Positions 54,659 to 64,000 of a stretch of 64,000 bases of DNA are shown here, piece by piece. The DNA comes from a virus. The stretch covers positions 1 to 64,000 of IMG/VR virus record IMGVR_UViG_3300023179_000089; one strand, 5' to 3'. Under the pieces are notes generated by a model. That model was not told the DNA's origin. It worked only from the letters and a program-made list of their open reading frames with translations, and did no database searches. Position numbers and translations under genes: made by a program. Numbering within the stretch: the first letter of the stretch is position 1; the number at the start of each line of letters is the position of its first letter.

Positions 54659-55406
54659 TCAAACGCAGCCGAAAACGCGTGGTAGAAAATCAAAAAACAA
54701 GCAGTATTTTACTAAAGATACTGAAAACGCAATATTGCGCTACAATCAATTAACAAATGATATTGATCGTAATAGACTTTATGAATCGCATATTAAATAT
54801 CCGTTTGATAAGCTAGTCGAAAACATAATTCATACGTTTAAATTTTATCAATTTGACGTTCCATATGAAGATGTTAAACATGAAGTCGTAGCATTTTTAA
54901 ATGAAAAAATTCATAAGTATACCGATCCTAGTAAAGGAAAAGCATTTTCATACTTTTCAATTATCGCTAAAAACTATTTGATTATTCATAATAACAACAA
55001 CTATCATAAGTTTAGGAATTCTGAAGATTTACAAGTAGTCGACGATTCTAGAAGCGTAATCAATGAAATTGTTCGTGAGCAAGATTTGCAAGAGAAAACA
55101 GAATTCATGGATTTATATATAAAATTCATGGATGATAATTTAACGAACTTTTTTCATAAAAATTCTGATTTAGCAGTAGCCGATTCAATTTTAGAACTTT
55201 TTCGGCATAGAGAAAATATTGAAAATTTCAATAAAAAGGCATTGTATATATTAATTCGAGAGCGAACCGGAGTTAAGACTCAATACATAACTCGAGTAGT
55301 TAATATAATGAAAGGCGCGTATTTAGAAATGTATATGAATTTCAAACGCACAGGTATTGCGACTTTAAATAAAGATTATTTTACAAAATCAGAATTCCTC
55401 GAATAA
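54636..55406 (+). CDS. phage sigma-factor-like protein (T4 gp55-like, probable late sigma)
   Basis: region-2-like KYTDPSKGKAFSYFSIIAKNYL; sits at the start of the structural block. Confidence 0.6.
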   Translation: MSTETLNNQTQPKTRGRKSKNKQYFTKDTENAILRYNQLTNDIDRNRLYESHIKYPFDKLVENIIHTFKFYQFDVPYEDVKHEVVAFLNEKIHKYTDPSKGKAFSYFSIIAKNYLIIHNNNNYHKFRNSEDLQVVDDSRSVINEIVREQDLQEKTEFMDLYIKFMDDNLTNFFHKNSDLAVADSILELFRHRENIENFNKKALYILIRERTGVKTQYITRVVNIMKGAYLEMYMNFKRTGIATLNKDYFTKSEFLE

Positions 55407-55426
55407 AATATTTATTTAAAAAGTCT

Positions 55427-55858
55427 ATGGATTTTGATGTTGAAATATTTAAAGGAAAAAGCTTTTCTGAATTAATGAAAGACATTTATCAGAATAGCTC
55501 TAAAAAGGACAGACAAATTAATTTGTTAATTGCAGAACTCAAACCGCTGATAAAAAATATCGGCGATGCGACAGTAATAGTCCCTTTAATTAAAGAATAT
55601 TTAGAAATTAGCGTTAAAAATGACGAAGCGCTAGTAAAATTAGCTGCTGTCGTTCAGCGATTAATTTCTACAAATAGTCGAGTTCAAGCCGAAACCGGAA
55701 ACTCTTGGATGTTATCTGAAGAAGAGAAAAAACAGTTGTTAGGAGAATTAGACCAGATTACTGGCACTGAGACAAATATAAATCAAAAAGTTATTGATTT
55801 ATCTGCTAAGCAATCGCAGTTAGAGTCAGAGATTGATAATTTACAAGACGGATTATAA
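55427..55858 (+). CDS. hypothetical protein
   Basis: late motif at 55408; PLIKEYLEISVKND. Confidence 0.75.
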   Translation: MDFDVEIFKGKSFSELMKDIYQNSSKKDRQINLLIAELKPLIKNIGDATVIVPLIKEYLEISVKNDEALVKLAAVVQRLISTNSRVQAETGNSWMLSEEEKKQLLGELDQITGTETNINQKVIDLSAKQSQLESEIDNLQDGL

Positions 55859-56986
55859 ATGTATTTCGCTGAAGTTAAAGAAGTAATTTATGTAGATGAC
55901 AACCCTAATTTAATTTACGGGGTAAAGGTCGCTCCGTTAGGATTATATCCAAAAACAGAAAAAAATTCTGCATCTATTGTTACTGTAAGACCTTTTAATA
56001 TTTCAGTAGTTCGAATTCCAATTGTCGGTGAAGTAGTCGCAATTATTCAAGCTCCTGGATCATTCGCATCAGGTTTGGATAGTGCACTTGAACATTACTA
56101 CGTAGATGTTGTAAGTTTGCAAGGTAATATTCATCATAATGCTATCCCGACAGTTCAGTCTAAAGAAGTAAGTGGAGCCACTTCTGGAAATTCAAATTCA
56201 TATCAAGAAGCGTCTGCAGGAAATACTAATGATTCAAAATCTGCAGAAATTGACTCTGACTTTACTGAAAATGAAAATATTGGAATCCTTCAACCGTATA
56301 TCGGAGATGTAATTTTTTCCGGTAGATATGGTCAATCAATACGATTTAGCACAACGCCTAAATCAGGAAAATTTTCATTAACTCAAAATTGGTCGGCAGG
56401 ATCTGAAGCTGCTCCGATTACAATAATTCGTAATTCAGAACAAAAAGAATCGCCGGGCAAGGTAAACGGGTTTATAACTGAAAATTTTACTGATGACGAC
56501 AATTCTATTATTATGGCATCTGGTCAGGAACTTGTATTTGAGCAAGCTTCGCAAGTACTTACTTCAATCAATACAAATGAAATTACGTCCTGGCGCAGCG
56601 AAAAATGGGGCAAAACTCCGCAAACGTTAATCAATTCTGGGAGAATTGTACTTAACAGTCAACAGCAAGAAATTATCGCGTTTGCTAAAAATGGAATTGG
56701 TCTTTCATCTGAAACAAATATAGCTATTGACGCGAATGACGTTATAGCACTTAATTCAGAAAAAATTGAATTAGGCGACAAGGCTGATCAGTCTCTTATT
56801 TTAGGAAATGATTGGGAAGAGTGGATGAAAGATTTAGTAAATGCAATCGGCAATCTAACTGCTATTACTCCTCAAGGTCCTACATTGCCTTTTCGCTTAG
56901 CTCCGCAATGGCCGCAAGTAGAACAAATTATGTCTAAAATTAATGAATTGCTCAGTAAGTTGTCATACACTAAAAAGAGCAGTTAA
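55859..56986 (+). CDS. baseplate hub/spike protein (gp5/GpV-like)
   Basis: PIVGEVV OB-fold-like motif, GDVIFSGRYGQSIRF, beta-rich C-terminus, ILG..W. Confidence 0.65.
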   Translation: MYFAEVKEVIYVDDNPNLIYGVKVAPLGLYPKTEKNSASIVTVRPFNISVVRIPIVGEVVAIIQAPGSFASGLDSALEHYYVDVVSLQGNIHHNAIPTVQSKEVSGATSGNSNSYQEASAGNTNDSKSAEIDSDFTENENIGILQPYIGDVIFSGRYGQSIRFSTTPKSGKFSLTQNWSAGSEAAPITIIRNSEQKESPGKVNGFITENFTDDDNSIIMASGQELVFEQASQVLTSINTNEITSWRSEKWGKTPQTLINSGRIVLNSQQQEIIAFAKNGIGLSSETNIAIDANDVIALNSEKIELGDKADQSLILGNDWEEWMKDLVNAIGNLTAITPQGPTLPFRLAPQWPQVEQIMSKINELLSKLSYTKKSS

Positions 56987-57018
56987 TTTTCAAACTAAAT
57001 AATTATTAAAAAAAGAAT

Positions 57019-57480
57019 ATGAATTCCAAAGAATTTATACAGTCTCTTAGAAAACTAATTCGTGAAGAAGTGCAAACAGCTGTTCGTACAGAAGTAGCTA
57101 AATTAGTAAATGTAATTACAGAATCTAAAACGCAAGAGATTGGCACGTTTAAACCGACAGCACCTAAGCCGAAAAAACGAACATTTTCGGAAAATCCTTC
57201 ATTGAATGATTTATTAAATGAAACTGCTGGATTTTCTTCTTCAGGACCGCAAGTAAGTTACGAGTCAGAAATTAATTATAATGATTTTTCTGAATGGCCA
57301 ACGATGCGCGGAAACTCAATGATTGCGTCTAAAGCTCCGATGGTCATGACAGATGTTAATGGCTCGGCTGTTGATATGAAACAGTTAGCTAAGACTGAAG
57401 CTGGTGCGGCAGTTGTTGACGCATTAACAAAAGACTACTCTGCGTTAATGAAACGTATTAATGATAAAAAAGGAATGTAA
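57019..57480 (+). CDS. structural-region protein with an LIREEV leader
   Basis: LRKLIREEV; LTKDYSALMK. Confidence 0.7.
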   Translation: MNSKEFIQSLRKLIREEVQTAVRTEVAKLVNVITESKTQEIGTFKPTAPKPKKRTFSENPSLNDLLNETAGFSSSGPQVSYESEINYNDFSEWPTMRGNSMIASKAPMVMTDVNGSAVDMKQLAKTEAGAAVVDALTKDYSALMKRINDKKGM

Positions 57481-57929
57481 TGTCGATTGAACAAAGATAT
57501 TTTCCGATTGATCTTCAACCCGACGTTGCTGTCGGAATAAAAATTCCATGGACAAGATTAGATGGAGTTTTATTTAATCAATCGTATTCTACTATCGATC
57601 AATTACTTTCCAATGTAAAAAATTTAATTTTAACGAGACAAGGCGAACGAGTTATGCAACCTTTGTTCGGAACGAATTTGCAAGATTCTTTATTTGAACA
57701 AAATACAGAAAGTTTGCGAAGTTCAATTCGAAACTCAATATCAAGAGCAATTGAATTTTGGCTTCCATACGTGTCAATTGATCGTTTAGATGTTGAGCCT
57801 GTAATTGCTGTGTTAGGGCCTGACGAAGAGCATGGCGCGAAAGTGGTATTGTACATTTCTTTAAATGGGCAGCAAGCAGAACAACCTATAACATTTTTAG
57901 TAACACCGTCTGGAGTAGAATTAATATAA
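57480..57929 (+). CDS. baseplate wedge subunit (gp25-like)
   Basis: NLILTRQGERVMQPLFGTNL...WLPYV. Confidence 0.9.
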   Translation: MSIEQRYFPIDLQPDVAVGIKIPWTRLDGVLFNQSYSTIDQLLSNVKNLILTRQGERVMQPLFGTNLQDSLFEQNTESLRSSIRNSISRAIEFWLPYVSIDRLDVEPVIAVLGPDEEHGAKVVLYISLNGQQAEQPITFLVTPSGVELI

Positions 57930-57930
57930 A

Positions 57931-59808
57931 ATGGCACAACTTAGCAAAAAAGACATACGTTATCTAAATAAAGATTTCAGTCAGTATAGAGCAAATTTAA
58001 TTGAATTTGCTAAAAATTATTTTCCATATACTTACAATGATTTCAACGAAACGTCTCCTGGAATGATGTTTATTGAAATGGCTGCGTATGTCGGAGACGT
58101 TCTATCATACTATACAGACAGTCAATTAAAAGAGTCTTTTTTAGAATTTGCCGGCAGTCGGCCAAATGTTTTAGCGCTCGCAGCTAACGTTGGATATAAA
58201 ATAAAAAATACAATTCCAGCTACTGTTGATCTAGATGTATTTCAGTTATTACCTGCGAAAACAGTATCCGGTTCTAAAGTGCCAGATTTTTCGTACGCAT
58301 TGACAATTAAAGAAAATATGTTGGTTGGAGCTGAAGGCACTACTGTTGAATTTCGCACATTAAATTTAGTTAATTTTGCAATATCTAGTAGTATAGATCC
58401 TTTAGAAGTATCAGTATATCAAACCAATTCAGTTACCAATGAGCCTGAATATTATCTTCTTAAAAAGAAAGTAAAAGCAATTTCTGGCACGGTGAAAACT
58501 AATACATATGCTTTTGGTGCTGCAAAACGGTTTGATAAAATTTTAATTTCTGACACTGATATTATAGACGTCGTTTCTATTACAGACTCAGACAATAATG
58601 AGTGGACTGAAGTACCATATCTTGCTCAGGATACTGTATTTCAAGCCATTGCAAATACACCTCAAAATGATCCAGATTTGTATGGATATACAAATGTACC
58701 ATATCTTTTAAAATTAAAGAAAACTTCTAGAAGATTTGTAACAAAATTTCGTTCAGATAAAAATTTAGAAATTCAATTTGGCCCTGGAATTACAGACACA
58801 GATGATCAAGAGTTAATTCCAAATCCAGATAATGTAGGATCTAGTTTAACTGGATTGCAAATTCAATTTGACCATCCAATCGATCCTTCAAATTTTATGT
58901 ATACAAAGTCATATGGCGTGGCTCCATCAAATACTACATTAACTGTTAAATATACAACAGGCGGTGGAATTGCTTCAAACGTGGCTTCGTTTACATTAAA
59001 AAATATCAATGACATTCAATTTCTAATTGACAGTCAAAATTTAAGTAAAGCTTTATTAGATAGAATAAAAGCCTCTGTAGCATGCACAAATCCACTTCCG
59101 GCCACCGGAGGTAAAAGTGAAGAGTCTTTAGACGAGATTCGTCAAAATGCTATGGCAACATTTGCGAGTCAGCAGCGATCAGTAACTGCTCAAGATTATG
59201 TAATACGAACATATTCTATGCCATCAAAATTTGGGTCAGTTGCAAAAGCATATGTAATTCAAGATCAACAAATTAGTCCTAGAAATAAAGATTTAATGAT
59301 ACCAAATCCGTTAGCAATAAATCTTTACACACTTGGATATGACGGAAATGGAAATTTAATTCCGTTAAATTTAGCAGTTTTAGAAAATTTAAGAAATTAT
59401 CTAGGAATGTATCGAATGTTAACGGATGCAATTAATATTAAAACGGCGTATATTATAAACATAGGAATACGATTTGAAATTATCACGTTTCCAGAATATA
59501 ATTCAAATGAAGTTTTATTAAAATGTATTGATAAATTAAAATCAATATTTAATAACAAACTTTGGCAAATTAATCAACCAATCGTTTTATCTAAAATTTA
59601 CACTGAATTAGATAAAATTGAAGGTGTGCAAACAGTATCGAATTTAGAGATTGTAAACTTATACGGAACATCTGGCGGATATTCAAGTAATTTTTACGAT
59701 ATAAAAGCCGCTACAAAAGCTGGTGTAATATATCCTTCATTAGATCCGAGTATTTTTGAAATAAAATATCCAAATTCAGATATTATTGGAAGAGTAGTGT
59801 CATTATAA
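57931..59808 (+). CDS. baseplate wedge subunit (gp6/baseplate J-like)
   Basis: NKDFSQ, YNDFNETSPG, AYVGDVLSYY, GG..EESLDEIR, QRSVTAQDY. Confidence 0.9.
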   Translation: MAQLSKKDIRYLNKDFSQYRANLIEFAKNYFPYTYNDFNETSPGMMFIEMAAYVGDVLSYYTDSQLKESFLEFAGSRPNVLALAANVGYKIKNTIPATVDLDVFQLLPAKTVSGSKVPDFSYALTIKENMLVGAEGTTVEFRTLNLVNFAISSSIDPLEVSVYQTNSVTNEPEYYLLKKKVKAISGTVKTNTYAFGAAKRFDKILISDTDIIDVVSITDSDNNEWTEVPYLAQDTVFQAIANTPQNDPDLYGYTNVPYLLKLKKTSRRFVTKFRSDKNLEIQFGPGITDTDDQELIPNPDNVGSSLTGLQIQFDHPIDPSNFMYTKSYGVAPSNTTLTVKYTTGGGIASNVASFTLKNINDIQFLIDSQNLSKALLDRIKASVACTNPLPATGGKSEESLDEIRQNAMATFASQQRSVTAQDYVIRTYSMPSKFGSVAKAYVIQDQQISPRNKDLMIPNPLAINLYTLGYDGNGNLIPLNLAVLENLRNYLGMYRMLTDAINIKTAYIINIGIRFEIITFPEYNSNEVLLKCIDKLKSIFNNKLWQINQPIVLSKIYTELDKIEGVQTVSNLEIVNLYGTSGGYSSNFYDIKAATKAGVIYPSLDPSIFEIKYPNSDIIGRVVSL

Positions 59809-59819
59809 ATTAACATAAC

Positions 59820-60938
59820 ATGATTTGGTCTATACCAGCAACATTAGATACGACAATTTATGAATCAGACCCATATAGAAATACTGGGTTAGATCCTGTC
59901 ATTGAGCTTTCAAAGCTAGGCGATACTTCTACAAACGATTTAACAGAGTCTAGAATTTTAATTAAATTTGATATAACTGACTTAAATTCTATTTTATCGA
60001 CAAATGGAATTTCAATAACTGACATCACTGCTAGTATACAATTATATGCAGTTCAGTCATATGCATTGCCGAAAACGTATACTATCGAAGCAAGACCAAT
60101 TTCAGTTCCATGGGACAATGGTTCGGGATATTTTGTATATCCTGAAGCAGCGCAAACTAATGCTTCTATTACAGACGGAGCTACATGGATAACTACTGCC
60201 GGTACCGGGTCTATTTCATGGACAGGATCTTTATCAACCGGCGCTGCTATGTTATTTAATTCGTCAAGCACTATAGGCGGCGGAACATGGTATACATCGT
60301 CAGTTGCAAGTCAATCATTTTCATTTAAATCTTCTGATTCAGTTTCCATAAATGTTACTGATATTGTGCGAAGTTGGTATACAGGCTCGTTATCAAATAA
60401 CGGATTTATTTTAGCATTTAATCATAACAGTATTACGGCCAGTAATTATCCAGAGACAAGAATTGAATTTTACAGTAGCGATACGACATCAGTACTTGAA
60501 CCTCAATTATACATTAGTTGGTCACCTGGAGTTTCATACTCTACAGGTTCATTAACGGTGGCCACTACTAACGACAATCCAATAGTATACGTAAACAATT
60601 TCAATGCCGTTTTCAAAAAAGATCAAAAAGTTCGTATACGAATTGCAGCAAGAAAAAAGTTTCCTAGACCGGCATTTGCTCAGAATTCAGTTTTTTCAGA
60701 CGTTCTAGCTCTTCCTGCGAATTCATATTACAGAATAAAAGACGCGCATACTAATTTAATTTTAATTGATTACAGCGAGAATACAAAAATCAGCGCAGAC
60801 TCAAATGGAAATTATTTTGATTTTTACGCTACAATGATGTATCCGGAAAGATTTTATATGTTTGAAATAAAATCTGAGTATCTTGATGCAACACGATATT
60901 ACGACGCAAAAGAATTTACATTTAAAATAGTAAACTAA
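59820..60938 (+). CDS. baseplate/tail structural protein (DNRLRE-like)
   Basis: DTTIYE, SRILIKFD, NVTDIVRSW..G..NNGF, EPQL. Confidence 0.65.
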   Translation: MIWSIPATLDTTIYESDPYRNTGLDPVIELSKLGDTSTNDLTESRILIKFDITDLNSILSTNGISITDITASIQLYAVQSYALPKTYTIEARPISVPWDNGSGYFVYPEAAQTNASITDGATWITTAGTGSISWTGSLSTGAAMLFNSSSTIGGGTWYTSSVASQSFSFKSSDSVSINVTDIVRSWYTGSLSNNGFILAFNHNSITASNYPETRIEFYSSDTTSVLEPQLYISWSPGVSYSTGSLTVATTNDNPIVYVNNFNAVFKKDQKVRIRIAARKKFPRPAFAQNSVFSDVLALPANSYYRIKDAHTNLILIDYSENTKISADSNGNYFDFYATMMYPERFYMFEIKSEYLDATRYYDAKEFTFKIVN

Positions 60939-60939
60939 T

Positions 60940-61890
60940 ATGTCTATTTACGAATTACATGAATTTCAGCCAGACCGTTTATTGTCTGGGCAAATAGTTC
61001 CTACTCGAGTCATTCCTACAAAGTATATATCGTATGCTACGGCTTCAAATGGAATTACGGTAATAAATGAAAATACTAATATAAGCAACAATAGATCGTT
61101 TATTAGTTTATATACTACAAAAATTTCTGACGTAAAATTTAATCAAATAATAGATTTAGAATTTAAAGAATTTCCTCCGATCATTATTGACACGACTATT
61201 AGAGACTTGCAGACTAGAATTTCAGAACTTGAAGCCTCGTCATCAGTGCTGTTAGCTACAGACGCCGCAAATAAAAATCTGATAAATACATTAAACGATC
61301 AGATAGATTCATTGAATAAAATTAATTTGATTGTCGATCAAAGCGTTCAATCATCGAATAATAATCCTAACTTAATTCCAAGTGAGTTCAAAGTCGGAAC
61401 AAAACTTCTGTCAAATTCTTCAAGTCAAAACAAACTTCAGTCTCCGAATGGAAAATATATATTCCAGTTAAATTACGACGGGTCTATAAGTCTTTATGAA
61501 AATCGAAGTACTGACAGTAATACAGTACAGTTAATATTAGTACAAGAAATAGCGTCGATAGCACCGGATGGTGCTTTGGACGAGCGTCAAGAATTGCGAG
61601 CTACCAAACCAGGATTGTATTATGCGGCTGAAATTTCTCCGAGTCCAAACAACGGAAATTTTAGTAGATCAAAATTCAGAGTTAGAGCGTATTATAAACT
61701 TGATGGTAATGACGAGCCTTCAGTAATTATTCATGAATCGCAACAAATCGATTCTATAGAAAGTACCGTTGTACGATTATTAGATGATGGTCGTTTAGTA
61801 CTAACTCTTGAAAATGAATACGATTTTAATGTATTGAATCCAGGATTGACAACTTCAACGACTATTATATCTCCTACATATCCTTTTTAA
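60940..61890 (+). CDS. structural protein with a coiled coil and a possible bulb-lectin-like repeat
   Basis: LQSPNGKY.FQLNYDG.I.LY, LLDDGRLVL. Confidence 0.55.
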   Translation: MSIYELHEFQPDRLLSGQIVPTRVIPTKYISYATASNGITVINENTNISNNRSFISLYTTKISDVKFNQIIDLEFKEFPPIIIDTTIRDLQTRISELEASSSVLLATDAANKNLINTLNDQIDSLNKINLIVDQSVQSSNNNPNLIPSEFKVGTKLLSNSSSQNKLQSPNGKYIFQLNYDGSISLYENRSTDSNTVQLILVQEIASIAPDGALDERQELRATKPGLYYAAEISPSPNNGNFSRSKFRVRAYYKLDGNDEPSVIIHESQQIDSIESTVVRLLDDGRLVLTLENEYDFNVLNPGLTTSTTIISPTYPF

Positions 61891-61939
61891 GTATTAGCCT
61901 AGAATATCTTATTAAGATATTTATTTAAAAGGCTAATTA

Positions 61940-64000
61940 ATGTTATCCGTATATACTAATCAACAAGACCTTTTAAGGACATCAGTACCTATACCGACAA
62001 CGCGGTATCAAACTGTTGATAAAGAACTATTCGATAAAAGACAATTTTCCGTAACGCTTAAAGACACGCCAGTTAAACCAAAGTTGGAATTTCATGTATA
62101 TTCCAATGACGGCGTTTATTTAACAGGCGATCACGGTGCGTTATTTTCCATAGAAAAAAACAATACATCGACTAATACCGAAGCGTATGAATATTTAGCG
62201 GTAAATTCTCGAGATGTATTTGCTAGATTAGGAATAAGTAGAGGTCAATATCGAGTTGTATATAACTTTTTTGATAATTTAATTGGCTCGTTTGAAGGCG
62301 AAAAATTATTTATAAAAGAAATATCTCCTTCTCGCCGAGAATTGCGTTTACAGCTTTCAAACAATGACGGCATTACTTTACGTAACCAATATCAAAGTTT
62401 TAAAGATCGGTGGGATGAAACTCGTAAAAATGATTTATTTGATTCGTTTGTATTAAACTTTGGGTTTAATGAAACATTTCAAATTGTAAATCTTCGATTT
62501 GAAGAGCAGGAATATTTAGAAATTATAGTAAAGCTGTATCAACCTTTGCCGGCCCGGTTCGGAGAAAGAGTAAAGCTATGGATTTCTGAAGAAATAATTT
62601 CTCCGATTGTCGAAGTTATATCAATCGTACCAAAAGAAGTTTCCGAGGCTTATAATCGTTTATCCGGTCCAAATTTTGATTTAGATGAGTTCGAAGGATT
62701 TTCAACTGCTACTAGTTATAAGTCTTGGAATGATTTACTCGCTGCAAATATTCAGACATCACAGCAAATTATAGACAGTCAATTTTCAGGCTCACTTTCA
62801 GGGTTGAAATTAAATATAAGTTATCGTATATTTGATAATTTTGTGCATTACAGTTCAGCAGTTGAGCGAGTAAAGAATTTCAAATACAAACTTGAAGTAA
62901 TTGAAAATTACACAAACCAAATTAATAATGTAGCTGTTATTCCAGGCGGAGCGATAATTCAAACAAATTTAGCTGATTTATACAATAAACGAAATAATAT
63001 AGTAAGTAGTTTTGATGATTTTGAAAAATATTTATTTTTCGAATCGACAGGAAGTCAGTTATACACTCACGTCGACGAAACTGCAAATTCTATAATTACC
63101 GGTTCTGGAATTATCAATCCATGGCCAAAGACAACTCCGGTTTCTGCTACATGGCAAACAGCATTTTCGTTATGGAGTACAATGACATCGCAATGGTCCA
63201 TTGCTAGTAATCCTGACCCATACGGATATTTTTCTATTCAAGAACTTACTACGTCGGCTACTGCAGAAGCATATTATGCTGATTTACTTGAAAAAGCAGA
63301 GTTATACGATACGCTGAATATACATAAATTACAAAATACAGTTCCAATGCACTTGCAGGGCTTGAGTGACTCTGACGAGTTTTTACTGTTCGTGCATATG
63401 CTTGGTCAACATTTTGATATTTTATGGACTTACATAAAAGCGCTTTCTACCATACATACTCGAGAAGAGCATCCAAAAGATGGTATGCCTAGCGATTTGC
63501 TGTACAACGTAGCTAAATCTTTAGGATTTCAGTTATTAAATGGCAAATCTACTTCAGATTTATGGAGGTATGCTTTAGGAGTAGACGCTAATGGAACTGC
63601 ATTGCAAACCAATGTCAATGGAATTTCGTCAATTTCTGATTCAGATGCTACAAAAGAAGTTTGGAGAAGAATAGTAAACAACCTTCCATACATTTTAAAA
63701 TCAAAAGGAACGTCTAGAGCTATTAAAGCATTGGTTACATGTTTTGGAATTCCAACTTCTATTTTAACTATAAAAGAGTATGGAGGACCTTCGACATTTA
63801 CCGACAATGACCACTATCCAGAATACGTGCATGACACGTATCGTTATGCGTGGTTATCAACAACAGGAAGCATTCAAATACCAATTACTAGGTATCGTAA
63901 CTCACTGAATACTTTAGTATTTCCTGATTCTTTAGAGTTTCGGTTTAAAACTGACGCTAACTTTACTTACAGCACTGGTACGCAATATAATATTTTATCA
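61940..64000 (+). CDS. large baseplate/tail protein (gp7/P2 gpI-like), runs off the window end
   Basis: open frame from ATG 61940; EISPSRRELRL, HYSSAVERVKNF, MLGQHFD, LKSKGTSRAI; late motif at 61917. Confidence 0.8.
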   Translation, partial: MLSVYTNQQDLLRTSVPIPTTRYQTVDKELFDKRQFSVTLKDTPVKPKLEFHVYSNDGVYLTGDHGALFSIEKNNTSTNTEAYEYLAVNSRDVFARLGISRGQYRVVYNFFDNLIGSFEGEKLFIKEISPSRRELRLQLSNNDGITLRNQYQSFKDRWDETRKNDLFDSFVLNFGFNETFQIVNLRFEEQEYLEIIVKLYQPLPARFGERVKLWISEEIISPIVEVISIVPKEVSEAYNRLSGPNFDLDEFEGFSTATSYKSWNDLLAANIQTSQQIIDSQFSGSLSGLKLNISYRIFDNFVHYSSAVERVKNFKYKLEVIENYTNQINNVAVIPGGAIIQTNLADLYNKRNNIVSSFDDFEKYLFFESTGSQLYTHVDETANSIITGSGIINPWPKTTPVSATWQTAFSLWSTMTSQWSIASNPDPYGYFSIQELTTSATAEAYYADLLEKAELYDTLNIHKLQNTVPMHLQGLSDSDEFLLFVHMLGQHFDILWTYIKALSTIHTREEHPKDGMPSDLLYNVAKSLGFQLLNGKSTSDLWRYALGVDANGTALQTNVNGISSISDSDATKEVWRRIVNNLPYILKSKGTSRAIKALVTCFGIPTSILTIKEYGGPSTFTDNDHYPEYVHDTYRYAWLSTTGSIQIPITRYRNSLNTLVFPDSLEFRFKTDANFTYSTGTQYNILS

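Noticed and set aside
3190-63807. Minus-strand and alternate-frame ORFs in the track (e.g. 3190, 6141, 8650, 29833, 34413, 43936, 57599, 63529)
   Set aside because: They are shadows of well-supported plus-strand genes, with no promoters or recognisable motifs.
1-64000. Stop-codon reassignment
   Set aside because: Known genes (thyA, ligase, uvsE, baseplate) are full length in the standard code, and TAA, TAG and TGA all end genes.
1-64000. Retron, DGR or prophage integration module
   Set aside because: No reverse transcriptase, integrase or template/variable repeat pair was seen in this window.

Overview
AT-rich 64 kb segment of a large tailed phage, probably a jumbo myovirus of a Bacteroidota host. 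The host is inferred from TTTG-N~20-TAnnTTT promoters, starts with no Shine-Dalgarno sequence, Hc1- and DUF4494-like genes and a tmRNA tag ending in YALAA. Almost all genes are on the + strand and read in the standard code. Gene order: nucleotide-sugar/glycosyltransferase cluster; late-promoter (ATATTTAT) head-cargo genes; a complete GAF-PAS histidine kinase plus response regulator operon; an early accessory region driven by about 11 copies of a palindrome-rich promoter cassette. That region holds an attC-like gene cassette, three tRNA-like RNAs with replaced anticodon arms, repeat-rich non-coding blocks, a RadA-like ATPase, DUF932 and a MoxR/VWA pair. It is followed by tmRNA, thyA flanked by repeats of its own ends, DNA ligase, SLT, tRNA-Met, UvsE, ClpP, an HD protein, a gp55-like sigma factor and baseplate genes. 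The best candidates for undescribed systems are the tRNA-like RNA array, the phage two-component operon, the integron-like cassette, the thyA-anchored cassette array and a virion polyprotein with a protease-unmasked Ntn-hydrolase. All family assignments come from reading motifs by eye; no database searches were run.
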